From a virus (taxonomy: Duplodnaviria; Caudoviricetes): 35,874 nucleotides of DNA. The notes beneath the pieces were generated by a model, which was given only the letters and a program-made list of their open reading frames with translations, had not been told where the DNA came from and made no database searches. Where the stretch lies: positions 1 through 35,874 of the IMG/VR virus record IMGVR_UViG_3300044675_004984. The stretch is one strand, 5' to 3'. Shown here piece by piece: positions 26,385 to 33,869 of this stretch. The position numbers were made by a program, and so were the translations under genes. Each line of letters begins with the position of its first letter. Position 1 is the first letter of the stretch.

Positions 26385-26761
26385 AGTTCCCCGTCAATGC
26401 TTCGTCTTGGGCGTTCAACCTCTGACCGGCCATAATTCTTTGCCCGCAAATGAAATACAGCGGCGCGACCGTTTTCGGTGATGCGACAAATCATGCGTTC
26501 GTGCCCTGATGAACCAACACCGATTTTTACCGGTTCGATAAAACCGTCACGCCGCAGATCGGAGCAACGTTTTGACGCTTCGTAAATCGTCATGCCGACT
26601 TGCTCTGCTGCCTGTTCGTCGCTCAAATCAAAAAGGTAATAGCGGCCCAACAAAGCCGCCTTTGCGCTGTGGGGCTTCAACCTCATGGCTGCTTTAGCGG
26701 AAGTTTCGGGATCGGTTTTGCGAACCTGCAACTTTGGTTCGTATTCCTCAAACAAACTCAC
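26381..26761 (-). CDS. Winged-HTH DNA-binding protein
   Basis: R.TDPETS..AA motif, then LSDEQAA and KRCSDLRRDGFIE...SSG......IT..G. Confidence 0.65.
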   Translation of the reverse strand: MSLFEEYEPKLQVRKTDPETSAKAAMRLKPHSAKAALLGRYYLFDLSDEQAAEQVGMTIYEASKRCSDLRRDGFIEPVKIGVGSSGHERMICRITENGRAAVFHLRAKNYGRSEVERPRRSIDGEL

Positions 26762-27231
26762 TTGTCCAACCCCAAAACTGCTGCTGCCACATCTTCAATA
26801 TCATCAAGCGCCACTAAACAAACCTCCAAATTGTCGTGAACGACAACTCCCATGAATGGTCGGTTGTCGCCAATCGGACGAGCCAATTCTGATTGATCCC
26901 GTGTTCTACGGAACGCCGTTACAGCGGCCTGAACCTGTTTGCCTTGTTTCACTTCGATACGCAAAGACGAGCGCCAAGTTTCTTCGTTTCCCCCATCTAT
27001 GCCGGTGGGGATACCGAGTTTGTTCGCCACTTTGCGTTGAGCGCGTTTGCCTTTGGTTCGGGCACGCTTGCCCCTAGCAACAGGATCGCCGCAACCACGG
27101 ATTCGTCGTTTGCCGTCTTTGTTCGGCTTTAGCAGCGTCCCGAAAAGCGGGCAGTCGTGTCGGCCACACTTGTCGGTGTTGCCTTCACAACTGCCCTTTT
27201 CGGGTCCCTGATGCGGGAGTTGTTCAGTCAT
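26758..27231 (-). CDS. Cys-rich N-terminus plus possible PD-(D/E)XK (Holliday-junction resolvase-like) domain
   Basis: G...R.KG...QR.VA..LG, IEVK and P...V pattern. The ORF is solid; the function is tentative. Confidence 0.45.
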   Translation of the reverse strand: MTEQLPHQGPEKGSCEGNTDKCGRHDCPLFGTLLKPNKDGKRRIRGCGDPVARGKRARTKGKRAQRKVANKLGIPTGIDGGNEETWRSSLRIEVKQGKQVQAAVTAFRRTRDQSELARPIGDNRPFMGVVVHDNLEVCLVALDDIEDVAAAVLGLDK

Positions 27232-27418
27232 TCAAAGAGATTCCACAAAATTGGAAGTAAGTGTTGAGAGCATTTTCAAGGGCGATAGCGGAACCCTCCC
27301 ATTGCTCTGCGGTGACTTCATTGCCTGCACGCTTTTCGCGGAAAAGATATGCCGCGTAAGCCATGCTGTCGGCCATGAGTTCCATAACATCATTGATTGA
27401 AAGTTGTTCTGTGTCCAT
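27224..27418 (-). CDS. Hypothetical protein (64 aa)
   Basis: SD GAAGGAG before ATG 27418. Confidence 0.6.
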   Translation of the reverse strand: MDTEQLSINDVMELMADSMAYAAYLFREKRAGNEVTAEQWEGSAIALENALNTYFQFCGISLND

Positions 27419-27470
27419 TTTTCTCCTTCCGGCAAGACGTACATCGCCTTGTCCTGCTTCTAACCATACA

Positions 27471-27884
27471 TCAGTTGAACGGTTTGTCCAACTCTTTCCG
27501 TGACTGGTCAACCCATCGCCGCCAGTCAGCAGATCGCATCGCCGCCGCAGAAGGCCCTAAAGCCTCTTGTGGGGCGTCCGGTCGGCAAACACGACAGAAA
27601 GTAACGTCGCCGTTTGCCATAACAATGAAACCATTCTCGCAATCGCCGCATTCCCTAGAAACCGACGACCGCCTCAACTCGATTCCTAAGACTTCTCTGA
27701 ACCGGGCAACCGTAGGGAACCATTCGTCCGACGCAACGATTCGTTTAGCAACTCGTACCGCCAACTCATAATCGGCGTTACCAAACTGATCAATCCAAAC
27801 CAAAACAGTTTCTTCATGTAAATCAGTCCTTGGATAAGCGGCTGACAAATAAGCCAGCACTTCCGCTGTTTCACGGGCGTCCAT
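27471..27884 (-). CDS. G39P-like helicase loader/inhibitor domain plus zinc ribbon
   Basis: E.AEVLA.L.AAYP, W...F...DY..A, FPTVA.F motifs, then CGDC...CRVC; directly downstream of the initiator. Confidence 0.7.
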   Translation of the reverse strand: MDARETAEVLAYLSAAYPRTDLHEETVLVWIDQFGNADYELAVRVAKRIVASDEWFPTVARFREVLGIELRRSSVSRECGDCENGFIVMANGDVTFCRVCRPDAPQEALGPSAAAMRSADWRRWVDQSRKELDKPFN

Positions 27885-28671
27885 CGCCCAGCGCTTTCAA
27901 AGGCAAGGAGCCACTTTCGACCCTGTTCAACGCAGACACAATCGAATCAAACCCCTTTGGTTGAGATTTGATGGGACCGTCAACGTACAAATCCCTGAAC
28001 TTCTCCACCTGAGAACCGTCCCGCAAAGCAATGGTCAAATCATCGTAACGCTGCCCTTTTGGGTTTTTCCCCATATGGAAATCGGAAAGCGCAATACCCT
28101 GCACAGCATGAATCAAATCCAATTCGCTGAAACCTTCTGCGAACCGGGCACGAATTTTAGCCAACCTGTCTTTCGTCAAACGAGTTCGCAAAGCATCACG
28201 ACCGGTGGCGATAACCCAAGCGGCCAAAATGCGTTCGGCAGATTCACGTTCGTCAATTTGACCCAACTCAACGACATTCTTGTTTGGCTTACTTACGGCT
28301 TTACTTACGGCTTTACTATTGTGGTCCCCAATTTGGGTACCACCCTCCTCCCCAATTTGGGTACCACCCTCCCCCCCATCTTGGGGAGGACACAATGCCG
28401 GGAAACTATACAAATTTGGGCGGTGGCGAGAATGGGTTCTCTCAAATCCGCCCTCGTACTGGTTCCGAGTCAATTCACCGTTCTCTTCAGCCCAAGAGAT
28501 AGCCCGATGGTACGAATTGATAGAACAGTTGGCTTCCTTGCAAACCCGCTCCACATAAACCCAACCAGTTCCATCAGGATTCACATGGTTGGCAACAGAG
28601 ATAAGCACGCACCTAGTCGCACCTGTCGAACGAGAGTTTGCCAACACCCAAGCAATCGCCTGAACGCTCAT
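27871..28671 (-). CDS. Phage replication initiator (N-terminal HTH)
   Basis: MSVQAIAWVL...VLISVANH...W....R....A N-terminus, internal iterons, and C-terminal R...IRARF.EG.S..DL..AV.G...S.FHMG.N.....YDDL motif. Confidence 0.8.
   Translation of the reverse strand: MSVQAIAWVLANSRSTGATRCVLISVANHVNPDGTGWVYVERVCKEANCSINSYHRAISWAEENGELTRNQYEGGFERTHSRHRPNLYSFPALCPPQDGGEGGTQIGEEGGTQIGDHNSKAVSKAVSKPNKNVVELGQIDERESAERILAAWVIATGRDALRTRLTKDRLAKIRARFAEGFSELDLIHAVQGIALSDFHMGKNPKGQRYDDLTIALRDGSQVEKFRDLYVDGPIKSQPKGFDSIVSALNRVESGSLPLKALGDGRP
28289..28389. repeat. Iteron-like repeats: putative replication origin
   Basis: TCCCCAATTTGGGTACCACCCTCC x2 (28325-28348, 28349-28372) plus a degenerate third copy, each containing the palindrome CCCAA-T-TTGGG; also TTACTTACGGCT x2 (28289-28312). 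Confidence 0.75.
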
Positions 28672-28916
28672 TGGATTTCTGCCCGTTGAATGCAGGCATC
28701 AAGGAAAGCCTTCAATTGTGCGGCGACAGAAACGAGTTGTTCCTCATCGAATTCTGCTGCACCGCCAACAAATCCAGCCGCCAAACCTGCACCTACTTCA
28801 AACGCATTTGCAATCAAATCATTATCAACAACGGTTGTGCCTTTACCTAATCCTGCACGTTCAATTGTTGAATCAAGCAATGCGTTTTTGATTGCTTCCA
28901 CAGCCCAATCTTCCAT
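28668..28916 (-). CDS. Hypothetical protein (82 aa)
   Basis: Coupled to both neighbours (TGATG and ATGA overlaps). Confidence 0.6.
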   Translation of the reverse strand: MEDWAVEAIKNALLDSTIERAGLGKGTTVVDNDLIANAFEVGAGLAAGFVGGAAEFDEEQLVSVAAQLKAFLDACIQRAEIQ

Positions 28917-29581
28917 CAGAACGGTCGCCCTTCATCTTTTTGCATTGTGTCGGCTACAGCAAACATAATTTCCAAAATGGTGTGCGAATCAATAGGACCC
29001 TTCTTCAATCCGCAAGCCTCCCAAGCAATCTGAGCGGCTTCTTTATCGTTGCCCGTCGCAGCAAGCACGATCTTCTTGGCCTGAGCAACAGTCACGGAAT
29101 CGCCCCAAGTCTCAGGGACGCCGGGGTCAAACGATACTGCTGGCTCTGCGACCATTGCCGATTCACGTTCGTAGGAAAACGAGTCGGGGTCGGGTTCGTC
29201 TGTTGGCAGCATAAGAGATTGGAGGAGGCAGGTTCGCAATGCAACGCTCATAGCCTTAGCGACAGCCTTGTCTCCGCTGTCCATGCTTTCACCGATGGAC
29301 ACAGCGATCAGAGTGTCGCCTTCCGGCCCTACAAATGTGTATTCGACCATGACCGTAACTGCACGCATCTGTGTGCTGTTACGACCAACCGTGATGTTCT
29401 CAGCCTCATATGACAGGACCCTCGGAACGACAACCACATGATGCTGTCGTAGCGCAGGGCCGACAGCATTGACTACTGCGTCAATCCCGCGGAAGTTGTA
29501 ATTCTGATGAGTGTTGCGTTCCGTTTTGCCAACGGCGCGCACATCTTCCATCACTTTTGCCAATGCTTCATGTACCTTCAT
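28916..29581 (-). CDS. erf: ERF-family single-strand annealing recombinase (221 aa)
   Basis: K..RN..QNYNFRGIDAV, GESMDSGDKAVAKAMSVA.R..LLQ...LPTDEPDPD motifs; SD GAAAGGA; ends ...RPF. Confidence 0.88.
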   Translation of the reverse strand: MKVHEALAKVMEDVRAVGKTERNTHQNYNFRGIDAVVNAVGPALRQHHVVVVPRVLSYEAENITVGRNSTQMRAVTVMVEYTFVGPEGDTLIAVSIGESMDSGDKAVAKAMSVALRTCLLQSLMLPTDEPDPDSFSYERESAMVAEPAVSFDPGVPETWGDSVTVAQAKKIVLAATGNDKEAAQIAWEACGLKKGPIDSHTILEIMFAVADTMQKDEGRPF

Positions 29582-29807
29582 TTGTTTTCCTTTCGGGCCA
29601 GCACGCATACAGCGTGATTCTGCCGTTATGTGTTCTCTCATGGACTAGACACCCACGGCGCTGTAGCGCCATGTAGCAACTATGGATAGCAGGATAGGTG
29701 CCCCGGTACACACCTTTGTATCTTCCGGGTTCTTGTTTCAAGCGTTCGACAACTTTTTCGTAATCAAGCGTATTGCCGCGACGCCTCTTATCAGGTTTCT
29801 TCTTCAT
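29568..29807 (-). CDS. Small basic hypothetical protein (79 aa)
   Basis: Overlap-coupled in the early operon; ...VVERLKQEPG...TLYACW pattern. Confidence 0.6.
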   Translation of the reverse strand: MKKKPDKRRRGNTLDYEKVVERLKQEPGRYKGVYRGTYPAIHSCYMALQRRGCLVHERTHNGRITLYACWPERKTNEGT

Positions 29808-30087
29808 GGAACCGTGGAGTCCACCAAACCCAAATATCCCAGCACTTCAACCCATTTTCATCACGGGTAAGACGTTGTGCAAAACCCCATTTGCGGTATC
29901 GGGCAGCAGACGCCCACCGATTCCTATCCTTCCAAGTGTTGACACGATCAACCATCAAAGGCTCATCAGGATTGCTTTTGATTTTCATTTCAATCCTGTC
30001 GTATTTGTCTTTGTGCGCGCCAACAAATCTCTTAGGGATTTTTCTGAACACCGGCACAAATTCTTCTTCCATTGTTTCCCTCATCAC
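29791..30087 (-). CDS. Small basic hypothetical protein (98 aa)
   Basis: Overlap-coupled; KYD.I...IKSNP...DIWVWW pattern resembles the neighbouring ORF. Confidence 0.6.
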   Translation of the reverse strand: MMRETMEEEFVPVFRKIPKRFVGAHKDKYDRIEMKIKSNPDEPLMVDRVNTWKDRNRWASAARYRKWGFAQRLTRDENGLKCWDIWVWWTPRFHEEET

Positions 30088-30638
30088 CCGTTACTCCTAT
30101 CTCTCGTGAACTGGATTGAGTAACCGTCTTTGTTTTCCTCGCACCACTCGTCAGGGTCGTAGCCACGTTCTTTGAGGGCACCGACACGCCAAGCAGTTGA
30201 CCCGGTAAACGGAACACATGCACGAATCTCGGCAACGACCTGATGCACGGCCTCTACCGGAGAGGACGGAATTTCTCCGGTTTCTTGATCAACAAGTGCA
30301 TTGACCACAATCTTCCGCAAAAGTTCTTCGCTGTCCCAATTTCTGCGCGTTATTTTTGCTTTGCGTTCCACGATGCCGACACCGGAAACAACCACCTTGC
30401 GTTCCGGCATTGTGTCAGCGATGTAGTTCTTGACTGCATGTTCCAAAATTCGCAGATCGCTAAGAATCTGCTGCAAGGGTTCAAGGCCACGAATTAGCGC
30501 TTCGTAATCTCCCGCCTCTGCCAACGCTTTTGCGTCGTCAACCATTTGAGCGATGCCCAAACGGGTTGCCATGACAGAGGTTGTAGGGGCCTCTTGAAGT
30601 TTGTTTTCCGGTACTGCCGGTAACGATTGATCAGACAT
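30084..30638 (-). CDS. Hypothetical protein (184 aa)
   Basis: SD AAAGGAG; RRNWD, D.ETGE and WRVGALK..G.DPDEWCE motifs, of a type I recall near phage recombination genes. Confidence 0.65.
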   Translation of the reverse strand: MSDQSLPAVPENKLQEAPTTSVMATRLGIAQMVDDAKALAEAGDYEALIRGLEPLQQILSDLRILEHAVKNYIADTMPERKVVVSGVGIVERKAKITRRNWDSEELLRKIVVNALVDQETGEIPSSPVEAVHQVVAEIRACVPFTGSTAWRVGALKERGYDPDEWCEENKDGYSIQFTRDRSNG

Positions 30639-30927
30639 TCTTTTTTCTCCTTTTGGGTTCCTTCCGCTTCACAAGGCGAGAAGCCAAAACCGAATGGGTC
30701 TGCCCCCGACCGCGATGCAAGCAAAAAATATTGACAAATACTTCGGGGTTTTCACCGGCCTGCAAATTGGTGATGATACGCAGAATCCGATTTTCTGACG
30801 AGGGCGACTTGCGCCAACCGTCCACCCAAACGGATTCCCCGATCACGAACTCGCCGTTCTCTGTCTCCACTTTTTCGTGGTAGACGATGTGCGGCGGTAC
30901 CGGCAATGGCACAGCACTTTTCTTCAT
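30631..30927 (-). CDS. Small beta-rich (SH3-like?) protein, first gene of the early operon (98 aa)
   Basis: SD GAAGGAG before ATG 30927; basic C-terminus. Confidence 0.65.
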   Translation of the reverse strand: MKKSAVPLPVPPHIVYHEKVETENGEFVIGESVWVDGWRKSPSSENRILRIITNLQAGENPEVFVNIFCLHRGRGQTHSVLASRLVKRKEPKRRKKNV

Positions 30928-30957
30928 TTGTTCTCCTTCCACACAACCATTCCTCAC

Positions 30958-30986
30958 ACTTTAGCGCACAACCTCACAAACGGCAA
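30958..30986 (-). promoter_or_regulatory. Sigma70/SigA-type promoter of the early operon
   Basis: TTGCCG (30986-30981), a 17-nt spacer, TAAAGT (30963-30958). Confidence 0.6.
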
Positions 30987-31027
30987 ACCCCCCTCGGGCA
31001 AACAAGAAACCGAGGGGGGCCTACCGT
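30975..31027 (-). terminator. Intrinsic terminator-like hairpin
   Basis: Perfect CCCCCCTCGG/CCGAGGGGGG stem that extends to 18 bp with G-U pairs only on the - strand; 12-nt loop; short U-rich tail. Confidence 0.65.
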
Positions 31028-31075
31028 GGGTGTGGAAGAAGGCCGATAGGCGAAAGGAGCAAATTCCTATCGGCG
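30975..31075 (-). ncRNA. Candidate two-hairpin small RNA (about 100 nt)
   Basis: Extended -10 TG-G-TAACCT (31089-31081) lies 6 nt before a perfect 9-bp stem GCCGATAGG/CCTATCGGC with loop AAUUUGCUCCUUUCG; the terminator hairpin follows. Confidence 0.45.
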
Positions 31076-31104
31076 TAAAAAGGTTACCACAGCAACTTAT
31101 GTAT

Positions 31105-33564
31105 TTATGTACCCATCTCATAAATGTATTCGATGAGGCAACGGCACCCGTTGTGGTCGCCGGGGAAGAAAAACGCTGTGTCAGGGAAAGTTTCTGTATT
31201 TGAAAGAATCTCATCCTCAAATGAAACAAATTCAGTTCCATCTAGGTCCAAGTGGGGTTCAAACGTAACTCGGTCGTCCTCACCATAAACCCAACGGTAA
31301 CCGCCGACAGACAGCCCCGCCGCTTGGAAATACAAGTCTGCGGTTTCCCCCGTAGCCAAAAGCCCCAACGGACGATCTTCGATATCAATAATGGCTCCAC
31401 CGGAAGTGCCAACTCCCATATTGCCCCCGGCAGCAGAAAGAGCGGCACGAATTACATAAGTTGGGACAAGAGAAATCTCGTCGAATTCGCCACGGTCCTC
31501 CCCATTCAAATCAATGGGGCTGATTTTGGGGCGGTATAGCAAAGACGCTGCGACAGCAACCAAAGCGCCGGAAAGAAGAAGCCAAGCGGCGTCCCTTTCT
31601 ACATTCTGCTGCTGTTCCATAAGCACAATTTCGGCCTCGCTGAGTCCGTATTCTTTGGCGAGTTGACGTACCTGTTTTTGGGCACGACGAGTCAAAGAAT
31701 CAAACTGTTCACCAAAATCTTCAAATTCTTCGCCGGTAAGAAGGGAAACATTGTCGAATAGTGTTTCAACAGTTTCGCGACCCAAAACAAAAGCAACTTC
31801 GTGCGCCGGGGCAGAAGCAACCAACGCTTTCTTTTCGGGGTCACGCGAAACCCGTGACCGCACTCTTGCCCCCGCCTTCTCTAAAGCACGCTTCATTGCA
31901 GCGCTGGCAAGAATTTCCAAACGGTCCAACAGGCGTGCATCAATCGTGACAAGTCGGGCACCAAGATCAATGCGAGTTGCCGCAGCAACCAAAGTGTCAG
32001 GTTCACTACGCTCAATGTCGGCAGGATTATTTGGTTCAATCGGACGCTCAACATCAGGTGCCCGACCCCGAGGATCAGGATCAGCGGTAATGGACTCCGG
32101 CGTCGGAACACCCGGACGGACCCGAGCGACCGAATCGTCAAGCGCTTGCGTCACAGAATCAATTTCGCCCGCCGCAACTGGCGTCAACGAAAGCGCCGCC
32201 TGCTGCAACGCCATACGACGCTTATATTCCAAATCGTCAGGTGCGTCATCATCAGAAAAACCAAGCGCACGCCGGTAAGTGGAATCAGAAATAACCAGCG
32301 ACGAATGACCATCTTTCGCGTTCATGCGCCGGTCAATGTGAGAAATCAAATCAATGGGATCGGACATAACGACAAGGCGCTGATCAACATCTTGACCAGT
32401 AGCAACCTGAATCGCAGGCCAAATCAAGTTGGCGGTAATCGCCCCGCAGAACAACGCTGCTGCTGGCGCGATGTGAGCCTTGTAAGCCATTTCTTCAACG
32501 GCCCACGCAGACCAATGGTTCATCTGCCCGATGCCGGAAAGAATTTCGCTTGGAAGATCAATCCCATGAGCAATACGAGTAATGAGTTCGTGACGCTGCT
32601 CAGCGGCGATCTGATCAACTTCCCGATCAAATTCGATAAGCCGCACCTGTTCCAAATCTTCGGGGTCGCCCGTCAAAATAAAAGGCGCTACAGCCGCAGC
32701 AGAGTTCGGGTCGGCAATCGGGGTGATGAAGTGGTTATAAATATCTTCAAGCGTTGATTGCGACTGTTGTTCTCGCGCCGCATCATTGTTCAAGTTTTCA
32801 GGTTCGTAATCGGGGCCTGCGTCAAGCATCGTGTCGGGCATCAACAAAATCCCTGCCGGAATCCGCGAAAGTGCTGTAGCGCGCACGTTTGCGGACAGCA
32901 ACAAAAGTTCTTCGCAGAGAGAAAGCACGGAACGTAGCGGCGAATCCGGCTCGTCGGAATAGCGGGGGTGCGCTTGCCAAACACGAATGACGTAATCGTC
33001 GCCGGACAACTCAATAAGTTGATCCGTTTTCCAAAGAACGTTTTCTTTCAAATACCAACGGCTGTTCAACCAAACCAATTGTTCCGTTGAGTAAAAATCC
33101 CAGCGCTCAACACCCGTTTCTCTGTCTGTGCGGCCAACCAAATATCCTTCGCCAGCAACAAACAGGTTCACACCGTAGGCACGCAGGATTTCGTTGATGC
33201 TTCCTTCCGAGGAATGCAAACGGTCCAATGTGGAAACAGCGATTTCGTACTGTGCCCGATTGAAACCTTCGGGCGGATTTTCTAAATCAATTGGTTGAGG
33301 GGAACTGCCCGAAGATGGTTTCCAACCGATTTCAAGGCGGAGTTGCGAAAGGGCGTTGCCGTAATAGCGTGCCCCATAACGCAACTCACCGATGAGGTCA
33401 TAGAAGTTCCATGCCTGCTGCTGCCATTCGACAATACGGTGATCTTCGGGGCGGTACGCAACCCCCCCATTGGGGTGCATCACTCGTTGCGAGGCGGCGA
33501 CTAGAGCGCGTGGCGTGAATGTTTTTGCCGTTTGTGTCGGCTTGTTACGAAAAGCGGGAGGCAT
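31105..33564 (-). CDS. Portal protein fused to C-terminal MuF-like domain
   Basis: WQQQAW.FYD.IGELRY, L.VAGEGYL, R.W..HPR....DSP, AGIL.MP and NHWSAW portal motifs; Pro-rich linker; C-terminal Y.W.YG...F.PH..LDG and FPGDHNGCRC. Confidence 0.88.
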   Translation of the reverse strand: MPPAFRNKPTQTAKTFTPRALVAASQRVMHPNGGVAYRPEDHRIVEWQQQAWNFYDLIGELRYGARYYGNALSQLRLEIGWKPSSGSSPQPIDLENPPEGFNRAQYEIAVSTLDRLHSSEGSINEILRAYGVNLFVAGEGYLVGRTDRETGVERWDFYSTEQLVWLNSRWYLKENVLWKTDQLIELSGDDYVIRVWQAHPRYSDEPDSPLRSVLSLCEELLLLSANVRATALSRIPAGILLMPDTMLDAGPDYEPENLNNDAAREQQSQSTLEDIYNHFITPIADPNSAAAVAPFILTGDPEDLEQVRLIEFDREVDQIAAEQRHELITRIAHGIDLPSEILSGIGQMNHWSAWAVEEMAYKAHIAPAAALFCGAITANLIWPAIQVATGQDVDQRLVVMSDPIDLISHIDRRMNAKDGHSSLVISDSTYRRALGFSDDDAPDDLEYKRRMALQQAALSLTPVAAGEIDSVTQALDDSVARVRPGVPTPESITADPDPRGRAPDVERPIEPNNPADIERSEPDTLVAAATRIDLGARLVTIDARLLDRLEILASAAMKRALEKAGARVRSRVSRDPEKKALVASAPAHEVAFVLGRETVETLFDNVSLLTGEEFEDFGEQFDSLTRRAQKQVRQLAKEYGLSEAEIVLMEQQQNVERDAAWLLLSGALVAVAASLLYRPKISPIDLNGEDRGEFDEISLVPTYVIRAALSAAGGNMGVGTSGGAIIDIEDRPLGLLATGETADLYFQAAGLSVGGYRWVYGEDDRVTFEPHLDLDGTEFVSFEDEILSNTETFPDTAFFFPGDHNGCRCLIEYIYEMGT

Positions 33565-33635
33565 AAGTCCTCATTTTAGAGTATTTGTGTTTAGAAAAAC
33601 GGAAGTTGTTTCAACGTGGAGGGTCACGGGAAACA

Positions 33636-33869
33636 CTAGGGCACCGGGTCGGTAGTGAACTCGGCCCATGCTTCGGCCTCGTCGATGAGTGCTTGCGGTT
33701 CCAACCCAACAGCGTTAGCGGCGTCCTGCACAGTCACCACTTCGGTAACGGCGAGCAGGGTGGCGAGCGCCCCGATCGGGTCTAGCGGTGACGGGTCACG
33801 CCACACCTCAACGCTAGACACAAGGTTGCCGTCGGCGTCCCACGTTTCGTCAATGTCCAAGCGTTTCAT
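33636..33869 (-). CDS. Small acidic protein coupled to the fibre gene (possible fibre chaperone), 77 aa
   Basis: ATGA overlap with the collagen gene; GALATLL...[16 protein letters not shown]. Confidence 0.6.
   Translation of the reverse strand: MKRLDIDETWDADGNLVSSVEVWRDPSPLDPIGALATLLAVTEVVTVQDAANAVGLEPQALIDEAEAWAEFTTDPVP

Noticed and set aside
27961-28689. 242-aa + strand ORF
   Set aside because: Antisense shadow of the replication initiator.
30954-31241. 95-aa - ORF and 108-aa + ORF across the portal/early intergenic region
   Set aside because: They overlap the portal 3' end and the hairpins, lack an RBS and look non-coding.
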